NCBI GenBank assembly: GCA_022709735.1
Contig: JAKLIG010000002.1
Span: 1,949 to 65,948 of the forward strand
Length of the DNA stretch: 64,000 bases
Reading direction: 5' to 3'
From: Patescibacteria group bacterium
Lineage (GTDB): Bacteria > Patescibacteriota > Minisyncoccia > Moranbacterales > UBA2206
Made by a program: the position numbers and the translations under genes. Each line of letters begins with the position of its first letter. Position 1 is the first letter of the stretch. The notes under the pieces were generated by a model, which did no database searches, was not told where the DNA came from, and saw nothing but the letters and a program-made list of their open reading frames with translations. Shown piece by piece: positions 47,660-56,681 of this stretch.

Positions 47660-48085
47660 TTATTTTTCACGAGCTATGATACAAAAACTGCTTTCCTGAT
47701 AACCATCAGACAATATGAATTCCTGGAAAATAAAATTGCTAAGTATGTTTCTGATTTTCTTTGATATTTCAAGTTGCTCTGTCGCTGAAAGCGGAAACAC
47801 ACAATAAATTTCCAACACGACAAACGGAAAGCGCGCCGATTGGTTAATCTCAAATATCGGCGTTGACACCAGCTCATCGTCATCTTCCTTATTTTCCACA
47901 AACCAGAATACTTTTGCACTGCCATATTCATTGAAACTCCATGCACATATATCTTGTCTCAAAAAATATTTTACGACTTTTTCAAATAACTCTTTATTAT
48001 TCATGCCCGCCTCCTTTATTTTCATTTTTTTAATGTTAACGAACAAAACTCCTCTTTTCTCCCGAATTAAATCACTATAATCCAT
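47660..48085 (-). CDS. hypothetical protein
   Basis: 141-aa ORF upstream of the ClpX-ZBD gene; no motif. Confidence 0.3.
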   Translation of the reverse strand: MDYSDLIREKRGVLFVNIKKMKIKEAGMNNKELFEKVVKYFLRQDICAWSFNEYGSAKVFWFVENKEDDDELVSTPIFEINQSARFPFVVLEIYCVFPLSATEQLEISKKIRNILSNFIFQEFILSDGYQESSFCIIAREK

Positions 48086-48212
48086 AAATAAACTATTGTC
48101 ATACTACTTATGATGATATTTATAAGTATTTTAATATCAAAATAAGCCCTAATTTTAGGGTTTTTTGCTAATTTGACTTGACTTATATAATTTTATATGA
48201 CAAAATGGCCTC

Positions 48213-48980
48213 ATGTATAAAGACCTCCAGACAATCGGACTAGGTAAAAACGAAGCTCAAGTTTATGAAGCCTTGGTTAAATTCGGCCCTTGTCGAGCAG
48301 GCGTTATTATAAATAAATTAGATATCCACCGAAATTTGGTTTATCAGTCGCTGGAAACACTCATCGCCAAAGGTTTTGCGGTGAAAGTAATCAAAAAAAA
48401 TGTTTGGACTTTTCAGATTACTGATCCAAAAAGTTTGCTTACTTCGCTCAAAAGCAAAGAAATGATCGCTCATGAAGTGATAAAGCAAATCCAAACTTTT
48501 CACCATCAGGCTAGCCAGCAGATCGTCGTCTATGAAGGCATTGATAGTTATCGAAATTATTGGATGAGTTCGCTAGAAAAAATTCCGGAAGGCTCAACCA
48601 TTCATTGCCTCGGCACCGTCAATAATGAATCTTTTTTCAAACTGCTCGGGCCCTTTGCCAAGAAATATATGGAATTAAAAATCAAGAAAAATATTATTTG
48701 GCAAACAATTCATTTTAAAATTACAAAAAGTGAAATTGAAATGCTCAAAAATTTTCCCGAGCTTACGCGATATAGATTATGGCCGAAAGATATTGAATGC
48801 GCTGGGAATTTCAATGTTACTAATAATACAATAATCATCCAGTCCTTCGTTGAACCGCTTCGCATCATTGAAATAAAAGATTCAATCATGGTTTCAGTTT
48901 TTCAAAATTATTTTGATATGATGTGGGAGAAATCAACTCCTATTACGCCGGAAAATATTGAGAAATTTAAAGGAAAATAA
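48213..48980 (+). CDS. TrmB-family transcriptional regulator (paralog 2 of 3)
   Basis: wHTH LQTIGLGKNEAQVYEALVKFGPCRAGVIINKLDIHRNLVYQSL. Confidence 0.55.
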   Translation: MYKDLQTIGLGKNEAQVYEALVKFGPCRAGVIINKLDIHRNLVYQSLETLIAKGFAVKVIKKNVWTFQITDPKSLLTSLKSKEMIAHEVIKQIQTFHHQASQQIVVYEGIDSYRNYWMSSLEKIPEGSTIHCLGTVNNESFFKLLGPFAKKYMELKIKKNIIWQTIHFKITKSEIEMLKNFPELTRYRLWPKDIECAGNFNVTNNTIIIQSFVEPLRIIEIKDSIMVSVFQNYFDMMWEKSTPITPENIEKFKGK

Positions 48981-49003
48981 AAATCGCTGACAAAGCGATT
49001 TTT
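48981..49003 (+). terminator. intrinsic terminator after the TrmB-like gene
   Basis: ATCGCT-GACAA-AGCGAT followed by TTTT. Confidence 0.6.
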
Positions 49004-49004
49004 G

Positions 49005-49088
49005 TGGTCCAGGTGGGACTCGAACCCACACGACCTTACGGACACAACATTTTAAGTGTTGCGCGTATACCAATTCCGCCACTGGACC
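49005..49088 (-). tRNA. tRNA-Leu(TAA)
   Basis: class II: GGTCCAG...anticodon loop CTTAAAA...long variable arm...GTGGGTTCGAGTCCCAC CTGGACC. Confidence 0.85.
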
Positions 49089-49097
49089 AAAATAAAA

Positions 49098-49592
49098 TTA
49101 AGTTCTTCTCTTTCTGTTCTTTCCTCTATGTGTTTGTTTTAAACTATGGCAATTTGGGCATAACACTCTCAGGTTTTTTAATCTATTATCGGTACTATCA
49201 CCATTTATGTGATCCAGCTCAAGTGGCAATCTCCCATCTGCTGATATTTTATGCCACCCACATTCTTCACAATATTTTGGTTTTAAATTTTCTTCAAATA
49301 ATCGTTTTTTTAATTTATAGCTTTGGAAATAGTTTCCTTTTACAAGAATATCTCTTAACTTTATTCTGGGTTTTCCTATTCCTTCCAAGCCTCTACTCCA
49401 CCCTCTGCCTTTTAAATGCTTGGAATCTATTTTATAAAATTCGATGTATTTTTTTATCTGAGAATAATTTCCGCCAGCTTCTCTTAATTTTAATTTAGAC
49501 AAAACCTTCCTTATACTTGTGCTATTTTTTACCGCGATCCTTAATTGGTCTTCTGTCCAAGTTCTTTTTCTATTTGTTTTTATTATAATCAT
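49098..49592 (-). CDS. HNH endonuclease (free-standing, homing-endonuclease-like)
   Basis: CEECGWH...LELDHINGDSTDNRLKNLRVLCPNCHS HNH/Zn motif; stop codon 10 nt upstream of the tRNA-Leu(TAA) 5' end. Confidence 0.7.
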   Translation of the reverse strand: MIIIKTNRKRTWTEDQLRIAVKNSTSIRKVLSKLKLREAGGNYSQIKKYIEFYKIDSKHLKGRGWSRGLEGIGKPRIKLRDILVKGNYFQSYKLKKRLFEENLKPKYCEECGWHKISADGRLPLELDHINGDSTDNRLKNLRVLCPNCHSLKQTHRGKNRKRRT

Positions 49593-49666
49593 GGTAGACT
49601 TAAATAGTTATATTACACTATAAGTATACCATAAATAATATCTGATGCAATTTTCGAGGTCGCGTC

Positions 49667-49737
49667 CGGGATTGAACCGGAGTACAGGGTTTTGCAGACC
49701 CTTGCCTAACCGCTCGGCCACGCGACCGCAACTATAT
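49667..49737 (-). tRNA. tRNA-Cys(GCA)
   Basis: GGTCGCG...anticodon loop CTGCAAA...TCCGGTTCAATCCCGGA CGCGACC. Confidence 0.8.
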
Positions 49738-49834
49738 TTTATACTATCAAAGGCTGTATAAGTAGTCAATTTTAAAATACAAAAACCCTTCTCTTACGAA
49801 AAGGGTTTTTGCTTCTATTTAAAATCTTTATTTT

Positions 49835-50392
49835 TTAGAGAATCACTTCTGCTTCAAGATTTTTTCTTCCGAAAGCAAAAGCTTCTTTTTTAGTTTTCAT
49901 GTAGATGTCTACATGATTACCTTTGATCGCGCCCCCACGATCTTGGCAGATATAAGTTCCCATTCCAGAAATCTTAATTTTAGTTCCCATCGGAAACTGT
50001 GGAGGACAAGCAATTGTTTCTTTTTCCTTAACCATAAGCCCAGAAGCAGTTATCCCATCAGACTTTCCACATTCATCGGCTGCCGCAGTATATGCAGAAG
50101 CGTTGATTGTAAATTTTCCTTTAGGATATGACGCTGATTTTCTTTTTTCAGCATATCTTTCTAAGGCTTTTTCTCTTTTCGAATCTTCCAAAGCTTTTTC
50201 TACCTTTTTTTCTGTATCAAATCCTTCAAAATTTTCATCGTCATTATAAGCTAAAAGGATTTTATTTTCAGAAAAAATATTTAAATTTGTTTTTGTTTCA
50301 TTAGACTCTCCTGCTTCGGCCGCCATCGCTACATTTGAAGAAATTATAACGAAAGCGATCAGAAGCGCCAAAGATGCACTAATGATACGCAT
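49835..50392 (-). CDS. 3D-domain protein (MltA/YuiC-like cell-wall-binding or lytic domain) with signal peptide
   Basis: ASAYTAAADECGKSDGITASG...IACPPQFPMGTKIKISGMGTYICQDRGGAIKGNHVDIYM 3D signature. Confidence 0.7.
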   Translation of the reverse strand: MRIISASLALLIAFVIISSNVAMAAEAGESNETKTNLNIFSENKILLAYNDDENFEGFDTEKKVEKALEDSKREKALERYAEKRKSASYPKGKFTINASAYTAAADECGKSDGITASGLMVKEKETIACPPQFPMGTKIKISGMGTYICQDRGGAIKGNHVDIYMKTKKEAFAFGRKNLEAEVIL

Positions 50393-50570
50393 ACAATATA
50401 TTCTAAATTATTAAAAGGCTGACTCTAGGCTAATTAAAAAAACCTATAAAAGCTTAATTAATTAACTTGAGAGTATAACAAATAAAGACAAGAAAGTCAA
50501 GAGCTTCAAGACAATATTGGCTTATATGAGCCATCGTCATTTCAGCAAATATCCTTTTTTGGCTTATATA

Positions 50571-50596
50571 AAACAAAATAAGCCCCAAAGGCTTAT
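50571..50596 (-). terminator. intrinsic terminator downstream of the 50622-51866 gene
   Basis: TAAGCC-CCAAA-GGCTTA hairpin with a T-run on the minus strand. Confidence 0.5.
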
Positions 50597-50621
50597 TTAT
50601 ATATTTTAGCTTAAATAAGGG

Positions 50622-51866
50622 TTATTTCTTGCCAGATAACAAAGAATTTATTATCCCCTCATCTTGGCAGGTATATTTATTGCTAGCGCTATATGACCTT
50701 CTTTTTGAGCCATAACAGCCACCATTGTCCTTATAAAGAGTAGCTGACATTGGCATTAAAAAACCCATATTTTTAGAAGTGAAATAGCCATACAAATTTC
50801 TAAGCGTTTCGGCTCTTTTGGCCTTATTCATCCTGGCAAAAACACTCATATCATCAAAAGCGAGTCCGCTCCAATCGAGATGAAGCAAAACATTATTCGC
50901 TTTTGAAGCATATCTTTCGTGCCAAAGAAGCGCCCAGCAACTTCCCATTCGGCTCCAACATGGTCCCTCTTCAATCACTCCATCATCGCCCATTCCTACT
51001 CCGCCTTCAATATAATCAAACATGCGAAGATATTTTTCATCCGTAATATTTCCCGTCTGCGCACCGATGACAATTTCAATTCCTTTTTCCCTGGCATAGC
51101 TCCGCATATCATCCAAGACTTTTTGCATTTTAGATTTATCCGAATCAACAGAATCCTGAAAATAAATTTGGCCGAAAAGAAAACTTTGAATTCCAATATC
51201 CATTGCTTCACGAGTTATTTGCGCTAAATATTCCCGGTATTCCTTTTCACTGATATTGGGCTTGCAAGTATGCTCTCCCCAAATATTATCCGAGCCATTC
51301 CGGCACATATCCGAAAAATCAAATTCTTTTCCGTCTTCTTCAAAAGATCTCTCTCCTTTTCTAATAGCTTCTGCAATAAACATTCCATAAATTATTCCCG
51401 GCTTTTTTATTTTCGCCATAATCTCCGTGGCTTTTTGAAAATCCGGAGTATCCACCCAAGTTTCAAGCGCTCGATGAAGATACATACAATTCGAACGATT
51501 GATCATCGCCACCGCCTCCTTAGTATCACCACCGTACTGCGAAAGAATTCCGTCAACTACACAACCTTGCGTTTTTATTTTCTCCATTGAAATTGGACCA
51601 GGTTTATAAACATATCCGTACTTCGGCTTAGGTGGTTCTTCTTTTTTGACAATTCTTTTTGGAATAATAATGACCGCCGGTTCTATTTTGGAAACTTGAT
51701 TGGCTTTTTTCAAAACTAAAAAAGAAAAAAATATAGCCAAAAGTAAAAGAATAATTGTCCCCGAAATAATCCCTATTTTTTTAGTTTTTAGATAAAGCCA
51801 AAAACGCTCCCCAGAAGAAAGATAAATAAATTCAGGATTAATTTGGTTTTTATGAAAATACATCAT
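50622..51866 (-). CDS. hypothetical membrane-anchored protein (possible glycoside-hydrolase-like TIM-barrel ectodomain)
   Basis: N-terminal TM helix; 414 aa; no confident motif. Confidence 0.35.
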   Translation of the reverse strand: MMYFHKNQINPEFIYLSSGERFWLYLKTKKIGIISGTIILLLLAIFFSFLVLKKANQVSKIEPAVIIIPKRIVKKEEPPKPKYGYVYKPGPISMEKIKTQGCVVDGILSQYGGDTKEAVAMINRSNCMYLHRALETWVDTPDFQKATEIMAKIKKPGIIYGMFIAEAIRKGERSFEEDGKEFDFSDMCRNGSDNIWGEHTCKPNISEKEYREYLAQITREAMDIGIQSFLFGQIYFQDSVDSDKSKMQKVLDDMRSYAREKGIEIVIGAQTGNITDEKYLRMFDYIEGGVGMGDDGVIEEGPCWSRMGSCWALLWHERYASKANNVLLHLDWSGLAFDDMSVFARMNKAKRAETLRNLYGYFTSKNMGFLMPMSATLYKDNGGCYGSKRRSYSASNKYTCQDEGIINSLLSGKK

Positions 51867-51960
51867 AGTTTATGTACTGCCATTATATTATACACCTAAA
51901 TATTGCATTTATACCCTTTTTCCTTCATACTAAAAATATAAAATTTAACTACCAAAGTTT

Positions 51961-53133
51961 ATGGATATTTTTTGGGCAAAACCAGAGGATTGGAAAAAAA
52001 CAGATACTAACAAAATCACGACTCCTTGCTATTTGGTTTCAGAAAAAATTATCGAAAGAAATCTCCAAATTTTAGATTTGGTGCAAAAACAAACCGGAGC
52101 AAAAATTATTTTGGCTCTCAAGGGCTTTTCAATGTTTAGCGTTTTTCCGTTGATTAGAAGATATCTTCATGGCACAACTGCCAGTTCTCTTTTCGAAGCC
52201 AAACTCGGGAAAGAAGAATTTGGAAAAGAAGTGCATATTTTTTCACCCGCTTATAAAAAAGAAGAATTTTGGGAAATTATGAAAATCAGCGATCATATTG
52301 TTTTCAATTCTTTTTCGCAGTGGAAATTATATAAAAATAAAATCGCTTCTTCCGAGAAGAAAATTGGTTGTTCAATCCGAGTCAATCCAGAGCATTCCGA
52401 AGTAAAGACCGCGCTTTATGACCCTTGCGATAAAAATTCCAGGCTGGGAGTGAAATTTAAAGATTTTGAAAAACAAAATCTTTCCGGCATAACTGGTTTG
52501 CATTTCCACACGCTATGTGAATCTGGCGCCGACTCATTTGCAAGAACATTGGATGTTTTTGAAAAAAAATTTGGAAAATATTTGGATAATATGAAATTTG
52601 TAAATTTCGGCGGAGGCCATCATATCACTCGGTCAGATTATAATATAAAACTTCTTTGTAAAACTATAAATGCATTTAAAAAGCGCCATCCGCATCTAGA
52701 AATTTATCTGGAACCAGGCGAAGCGGTTGCTTTGAATACTGGAATTTTAGTTGCTTCAGTTTTAGATATTATTGAGAATAAAACAAAAATTGCAATTCTC
52801 GACACTTCTTTTGCCACCCATATGCCAGACACATTGGAAATGCCATACCGCCCCGAAATTATTGGCGGAAATGTTCCGGGAAAATATCCCAACAATTATA
52901 AGCTCGGCGGGATTTCCTGTTTGGCTGGCGATATGATTGGAAATTATTCCTTCAAAAAACCCCTGCAAATTGGTGACAAATTAATTTTTCTAGATATGGC
53001 GCATTACACGATGGTAAAAAATAATACTTTCAATGGGATAAATCTTCCTTCAATTTTAATTCAAAAGAAAAATGGAAAAATAATTGTCCAGAAAAAATTC
53101 GAGTATCTTGATTTCAAAAATAGGTTATCATAA
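51961..53133 (+). CDS. nspC: carboxynorspermidine/carboxyspermidine decarboxylase
   Basis: PLP fold-type III decarboxylase: TPCYLVSE, ILALKGFSMFSVFPLI, GGGHHI, EPGEAV. Confidence 0.7.
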   Translation: MDIFWAKPEDWKKTDTNKITTPCYLVSEKIIERNLQILDLVQKQTGAKIILALKGFSMFSVFPLIRRYLHGTTASSLFEAKLGKEEFGKEVHIFSPAYKKEEFWEIMKISDHIVFNSFSQWKLYKNKIASSEKKIGCSIRVNPEHSEVKTALYDPCDKNSRLGVKFKDFEKQNLSGITGLHFHTLCESGADSFARTLDVFEKKFGKYLDNMKFVNFGGGHHITRSDYNIKLLCKTINAFKKRHPHLEIYLEPGEAVALNTGILVASVLDIIENKTKIAILDTSFATHMPDTLEMPYRPEIIGGNVPGKYPNNYKLGGISCLAGDMIGNYSFKKPLQIGDKLIFLDMAHYTMVKNNTFNGINLPSILIQKKNGKIIVQKKFEYLDFKNRLS

Positions 53134-53197
53134 AAAATAAAAAAACACAGCTGAATTAAAAGTTGTGTTTTTATTTTGTATTTAGAATATTATATTT

Positions 53198-54070
53198 TTA
53201 TATTTTCAATCTTTCTAACACATCTTTGGTAGCCAAATCAAAAGTCCCTCTTTTTTCAAGCGAAATAGTAGCTACCATTGCTGCAAAGCGTCCTTGTTTT
53301 TCTGGATCATCGAAAAGATCAAGCGCTTTTATGAAACCAGCTACATAATTATCGCCAGCTCCCGTTGGATCGATTAATTTGTTGGGCGAAAAAGCTGGAA
53401 TTTTATAATATTTCTCGCCAGAAAAAACATGCGAACCTTTTGACCCTTCTGTCAAAATCAAATTTTTTAAACCTTTTTTATGAAAAAAGCTGGCAATTTC
53501 ATAAATGTCTTTTTTATCAGAAACAAAAACCGCCTCATTAACATCTAAAAATACATATTGTAAATATGGTAAGATCTGAATTAGTTTTTCTGGATACTTA
53601 GCAACCCAATTTCCATTTTCGCAAGCCGTAAATATTCCAAAATTTCCATATACTATTTTTTTGTGCTTTAGTTTTTCAACTAATTCAAAAGGGATATTCG
53701 TATCAAGAAGTGGCGCTAATATTATCACATCAAAATTATCTAATTCACTAATCAACTTGCTGTCTGGTTTGATAACTCCTTTAGCGCACACCTTAATCTT
53801 GTTTATTCTGACATCAGGATTAGCTCGGGAAAGTTTATGTTGAACTTCTAGAGTTCTATCGTCTGAAATGTGTCTGACTTGTACCCCCTCAAAATGTTTA
53901 ACAATCCAGTCATTGTCTTTTTCATTAAAAGTAGCAAATGCCGTTACCTGAACTCCCAAATTTTTCAAAGCTACTCCTGTATAATAAACAATACTGCCAA
54001 TTTGGGCTTTGGTTTCATTATCTACTTTTATATAATCTTTACATACTGGCCCCAATATTGCTATTTTCAT
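53198..54070 (-). CDS. PfkB-family carbohydrate kinase
   Basis: DPTGAGDNYVAGF motif; start taken at MKIAILGP, shorter than the track ORF. Confidence 0.7.
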   Translation of the reverse strand: MKIAILGPVCKDYIKVDNETKAQIGSIVYYTGVALKNLGVQVTAFATFNEKDNDWIVKHFEGVQVRHISDDRTLEVQHKLSRANPDVRINKIKVCAKGVIKPDSKLISELDNFDVIILAPLLDTNIPFELVEKLKHKKIVYGNFGIFTACENGNWVAKYPEKLIQILPYLQYVFLDVNEAVFVSDKKDIYEIASFFHKKGLKNLILTEGSKGSHVFSGEKYYKIPAFSPNKLIDPTGAGDNYVAGFIKALDLFDDPEKQGRFAAMVATISLEKRGTFDLATKDVLERLKI

Positions 54071-55028
54071 CTTTTTGCATTTCCCATTTAGTTGGTTGCG
54101 TTTCCACGAACCTTCTTTCTTCCCCTTTGGCCTCAACAATTATTTCTATAGGTTTTTCTTTTGTTTTTTCTGATTGTTTTTCGTCTTCTTCCATCCTAAA
54201 TCCAACGCTTTCGCAATTTTTTATCGACTCACCAAATTCTTCGTTCAAAAAATAAATGAATGAATTTTCGTGGCTAAAACCGAGAATTTTAATATTCTTT
54301 TTCGGATTTTGTTCTAGAATTTTTTTCTGAGCAAATTTTCTCAAGCGCAACATTCGCTTAAATTTAGTTTTATAAACCTCTTCGGCTGATTTTACATCTG
54401 AAAATATTTTGCTGATTTCTTCTGAATGAGCATAATAGTTATCCCCCCAACTACCCTTATTATCATTTTCTATTATTGTTCTTGCCTTATCCCACTTTGC
54501 CCTCGTATCCTCAGATACATTATCCGGATATTTCACTACATCTTTTAAATAATTCTTCTTCGGATCAAAAATTTTCTCTCGAAGCATATTTTCCAAATGA
54601 TCCAGCGTTAAACAATCAATTTTTCTTATATACCCTTCACCTATTTCTTCAGCTTTGTTATCAAAATGATCGTGTTCAATTTTATCTTTTTCCCATGGCC
54701 AGATTATTTCAAAGCCTTTTTCTTTGGCTACATCCATAAATATCCTGGCAGTTTCTGCTGCTCTTACAAAATCGCTCGACACAAAAAACAATGCATCCGT
54801 TTCTGGATTTAGTGTACCAAAATATTCTTCCGCTTTTTTCCGCGCTAATTCTCTACCTTCCAAGGTTAGATCTCGATAAAACCACTGGTCATCACTTCTT
54901 GGTTTATCTTCAGGTTTTTTCGATTTGACTATGCCTTCATCTAATTTATATTCAGCAATACTATGTCGAAAAACCTTCGCTTCATCCTTTCTTTTTGATT
55001 CTCCTCCCTCTAATGTAATTCCTTCCAT
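54039..55028 (-). CDS. histidine phosphatase superfamily protein (PGAM-like)
   Basis: RHS catalytic motif, LTLEGRELA..., VSSDFVRAAETARIF, ILGFSHENS. Confidence 0.5.
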   Translation of the reverse strand: MEGITLEGGESKRKDEAKVFRHSIAEYKLDEGIVKSKKPEDKPRSDDQWFYRDLTLEGRELARKKAEEYFGTLNPETDALFFVSSDFVRAAETARIFMDVAKEKGFEIIWPWEKDKIEHDHFDNKAEEIGEGYIRKIDCLTLDHLENMLREKIFDPKKNYLKDVVKYPDNVSEDTRAKWDKARTIIENDNKGSWGDNYYAHSEEISKIFSDVKSAEEVYKTKFKRMLRLRKFAQKKILEQNPKKNIKILGFSHENSFIYFLNEEFGESIKNCESVGFRMEEDEKQSEKTKEKPIEIIVEAKGEERRFVETQPTKWEMQKDENSNIGASM

Positions 55029-55046
55029 ATAATAAATTTAATAAAT

Positions 55047-55583
55047 TTATTCAGCCACAACAATAACTGAAATAAAAGTGCTTCCATTTTCATCTTTCCC
55101 AATTGTAACCGCCACGCTTCGACTGTCTTTTTTGAAATTAACAATTGCGCCTTGATCTGTTCCAAAATTCATTTCTGTTTCTTTTGTCCAGCCAGAACCC
55201 GTCATTTCAGTTTTATATTTTTCCATTGCTTCATTTTGCGTCGCTGATTTTGTGGAATAACTCACTGATAAACTTCCTGTCCCCGTGGTATTGGAAGTCG
55301 AAAGAGTTATTTTAGCGTCAGAAAAAATAAATATATCTTTCGGAAAACTCTCTGGCAATTTTCCCTCCCCTTCATTTGAAACTGACATTTTTCCTTCTCC
55401 GGTCGTGATGTCCATAGTATTTTTTCCGCTATTTATATCCACTTTCCCTCCGGTTTGCGATTCAATGGCTCTTTCCATAATTGCTTCGCCGGCTTTTTGG
55501 CGCGCCGCGTCTCCTGCTCCGCAACCAGAAAAAATTAATGCTAGGAGGACCACTCCGCTTGCTCCTAATATTTTTTTCTTCAT
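55047..55583 (-). CDS. hypothetical lipoprotein
   Basis: lipobox FSGCGA; Thr/Ser/Gly-rich. Confidence 0.4.
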   Translation of the reverse strand: MKKKILGASGVVLLALIFSGCGAGDAARQKAGEAIMERAIESQTGGKVDINSGKNTMDITTGEGKMSVSNEGEGKLPESFPKDIFIFSDAKITLSTSNTTGTGSLSVSYSTKSATQNEAMEKYKTEMTGSGWTKETEMNFGTDQGAIVNFKKDSRSVAVTIGKDENGSTFISVIVVAE

Positions 55584-55680
55584 TTTATTTTAATTATTTA
55601 ATTACTTTTTTATTATAACAGATTTTCCCAATTTTCAAAAAACAAAAACAGCCCAATTTAAGGCCGTTTCTGAAATTTTG

Positions 55681-55752
55681 AGCGGGTAACGGGAATCGAA
55701 CCCGTCGCTCGTCCTTGGCAAGGACGTATATTAGCCACTATACGATACCCGC
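55681..55752 (-). tRNA. tRNA-Gly(GCC)
   Basis: GCGGGTA...anticodon loop TTGCCAA...CGGGTTCGATTCCCG TTACCCGC. Confidence 0.85.
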
Positions 55753-55890
55753 CTGCCTGATTTGCTTACTTTATTATTTATCCCCAACTATTTAAGTTAT
55801 ATAAATTTAATTCTTAGTTGAGACTATTTGATAAAATAAGCAAATCTGGCAGGCACGCCCACCTTGAGCAAGTTTGGCAGGCACGCCCTT
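55752..55890. repeat. tRNA-proximal palindromic TIR element, copy 2 (abuts the tRNA-Gly 5' end)
   Basis: CCTGCCTGATTTGC...GCAAATCTGGCAGGCACGCCC, plus a second GGCAGGCACGCCC 16 bp later. Confidence 0.7.
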
Positions 55891-55927
55891 ATTCTTTGTC
55901 CTTCTTAAATTTTTGATCTTAGCGTTG

Positions 55928-55999
<72 letters not shown>

Positions 56000-56106
56000 C
56001 TACCTAATTTTCCTATCTTATTATAATTCCTCAACTGTTTCAGTTATATAATCTCTATTCTTAGTTGAGGTAAAATATAACAAAATAAGAAAATTTGGCA
56101 GGTAAA
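56000..56106. repeat. tRNA-proximal palindromic TIR element, copy 3 (abuts the tRNA-Phe 5' end)
   Basis: CCTACCTAATTTTCC...CCTCAACTG...CAGTTGAGG...GGAAAATTTGGCAGG; ~97% identical to copy 4. Confidence 0.8.
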
Positions 56107-56269
56107 CCTCATGATTTTATGGTGCACGCTAAGGGACTTTCACCCCGCACCATTTTCAAGAAAAAATTCTGTTTTAGTAAATTCGAGAGCGAAGCGGCTT
56201 CGCCTTAAAATTTTTTATTATTAGAGACTTTCCAAAAAATGGTGCGGGACGAGCCCCTAACCTATTTTG

Positions 56270-56342
56270 TGGGCAATATAGGACTCGAACCTATAACCCT
56301 CTCGGTGTAAACGAGATGCTCTAGCCATTGAGCTAATTGCCC
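56270..56342 (-). tRNA. tRNA-Val(TAC)
   Basis: GGGCAAT TAGCTCAATGGCTAGAGC...anticodon loop TTTACAC...ATAGGTTCGAGTCCTAT ATTGCCC. Confidence 0.85.
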
Positions 56343-56374
56343 ATGCGAACTCATAAAATTTTAGTAATTAAATG

Positions 56375-56410
56375 AACGAGGTGCTCTAGCCATTGAGCTA
56401 AGCGTGCCTG
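56375..56410 (-). pseudogene. tRNA 5'-half remnant (acceptor, D-arm, start of anticodon arm)
   Basis: GGCACGC TTAGCTCAATGGCTAGAGCA CCTCG TTCAT... then no 3' half; D-arm identical to the adjacent tRNA-Val; abutted by TIR-element copy 4. Confidence 0.55.
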
Positions 56411-56512
56411 CCTAATTTTCCTATCTTATTATAATTCCTCAACTGTTTCAGTTATATAATCTTTATTCTTAGTTGAGGTAAAATATAACAAAGTAAGAAA
56501 ATTTGGCAGGCG
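56405..56512. repeat. tRNA-proximal palindromic TIR element, copy 4
   Basis: GCCTGCCTAATTTTCC...GGAAAATTTGGCAGGCGAG; near-identical to copy 3. Confidence 0.8.
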
Positions 56513-56525
56513 AGCTAACTTACGT

Positions 56526-56593
56526 GCGAACGAGAGGACTTGAACCTCCACGGGATTGCTCCCATCCGCCTCGGGCGGACGCGTATACCTTCG
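56526..56593 (-). pseudogene. 5'-truncated class II tRNA (Leu-like) remnant fused to the 3' end of tRNA-Leu(GAG)
   Basis: has D-loop end, anticodon arm, variable arm GGGAGCAATCCCGT, T-arm GGAGGTTCAAGTCCTCT and 3' acceptor CGTTCGC A, but no matching 5' acceptor strand; CGAAGG microhomology at the junction. Confidence 0.5.
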
Positions 56594-56676
56594 TGCCTTC
56601 GGCGGGACTCGAACCCGCACGGCCTTGCGACCCATGCACCTCAAGCATGTGTGTATACCAATTCCACCACGAAGGC
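56594..56676 (-). tRNA. tRNA-Leu(GAG)
   Basis: GCCTTCG...anticodon arm CATGC TTGAGGT GCATG...variable arm GGTCGCAAGGCCGT...GCGGGTTCGAGTCCCGC CGAAGGC. Confidence 0.85.
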
Positions 56677-56681
56677 CTAGC

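Noticed and set aside
49005-49088. Group I intron in tRNA-Leu(TAA) associated with the adjacent HNH gene
   Set aside because: The tRNA-Leu(TAA) cloverleaf is continuous with an intact anticodon loop CTTAAAA. The HNH ORF lies entirely outside the tRNA.
56526-56593. Second tRNA in tandem with tRNA-Leu(GAG) read as a functional tRNA-Ser(CGA)
   Set aside because: No sequence can pair with the 3' acceptor strand CGTTCGC. The D-stem and acceptor 5' strand are missing and the anticodon arm is ambiguous, so it is called a remnant instead.
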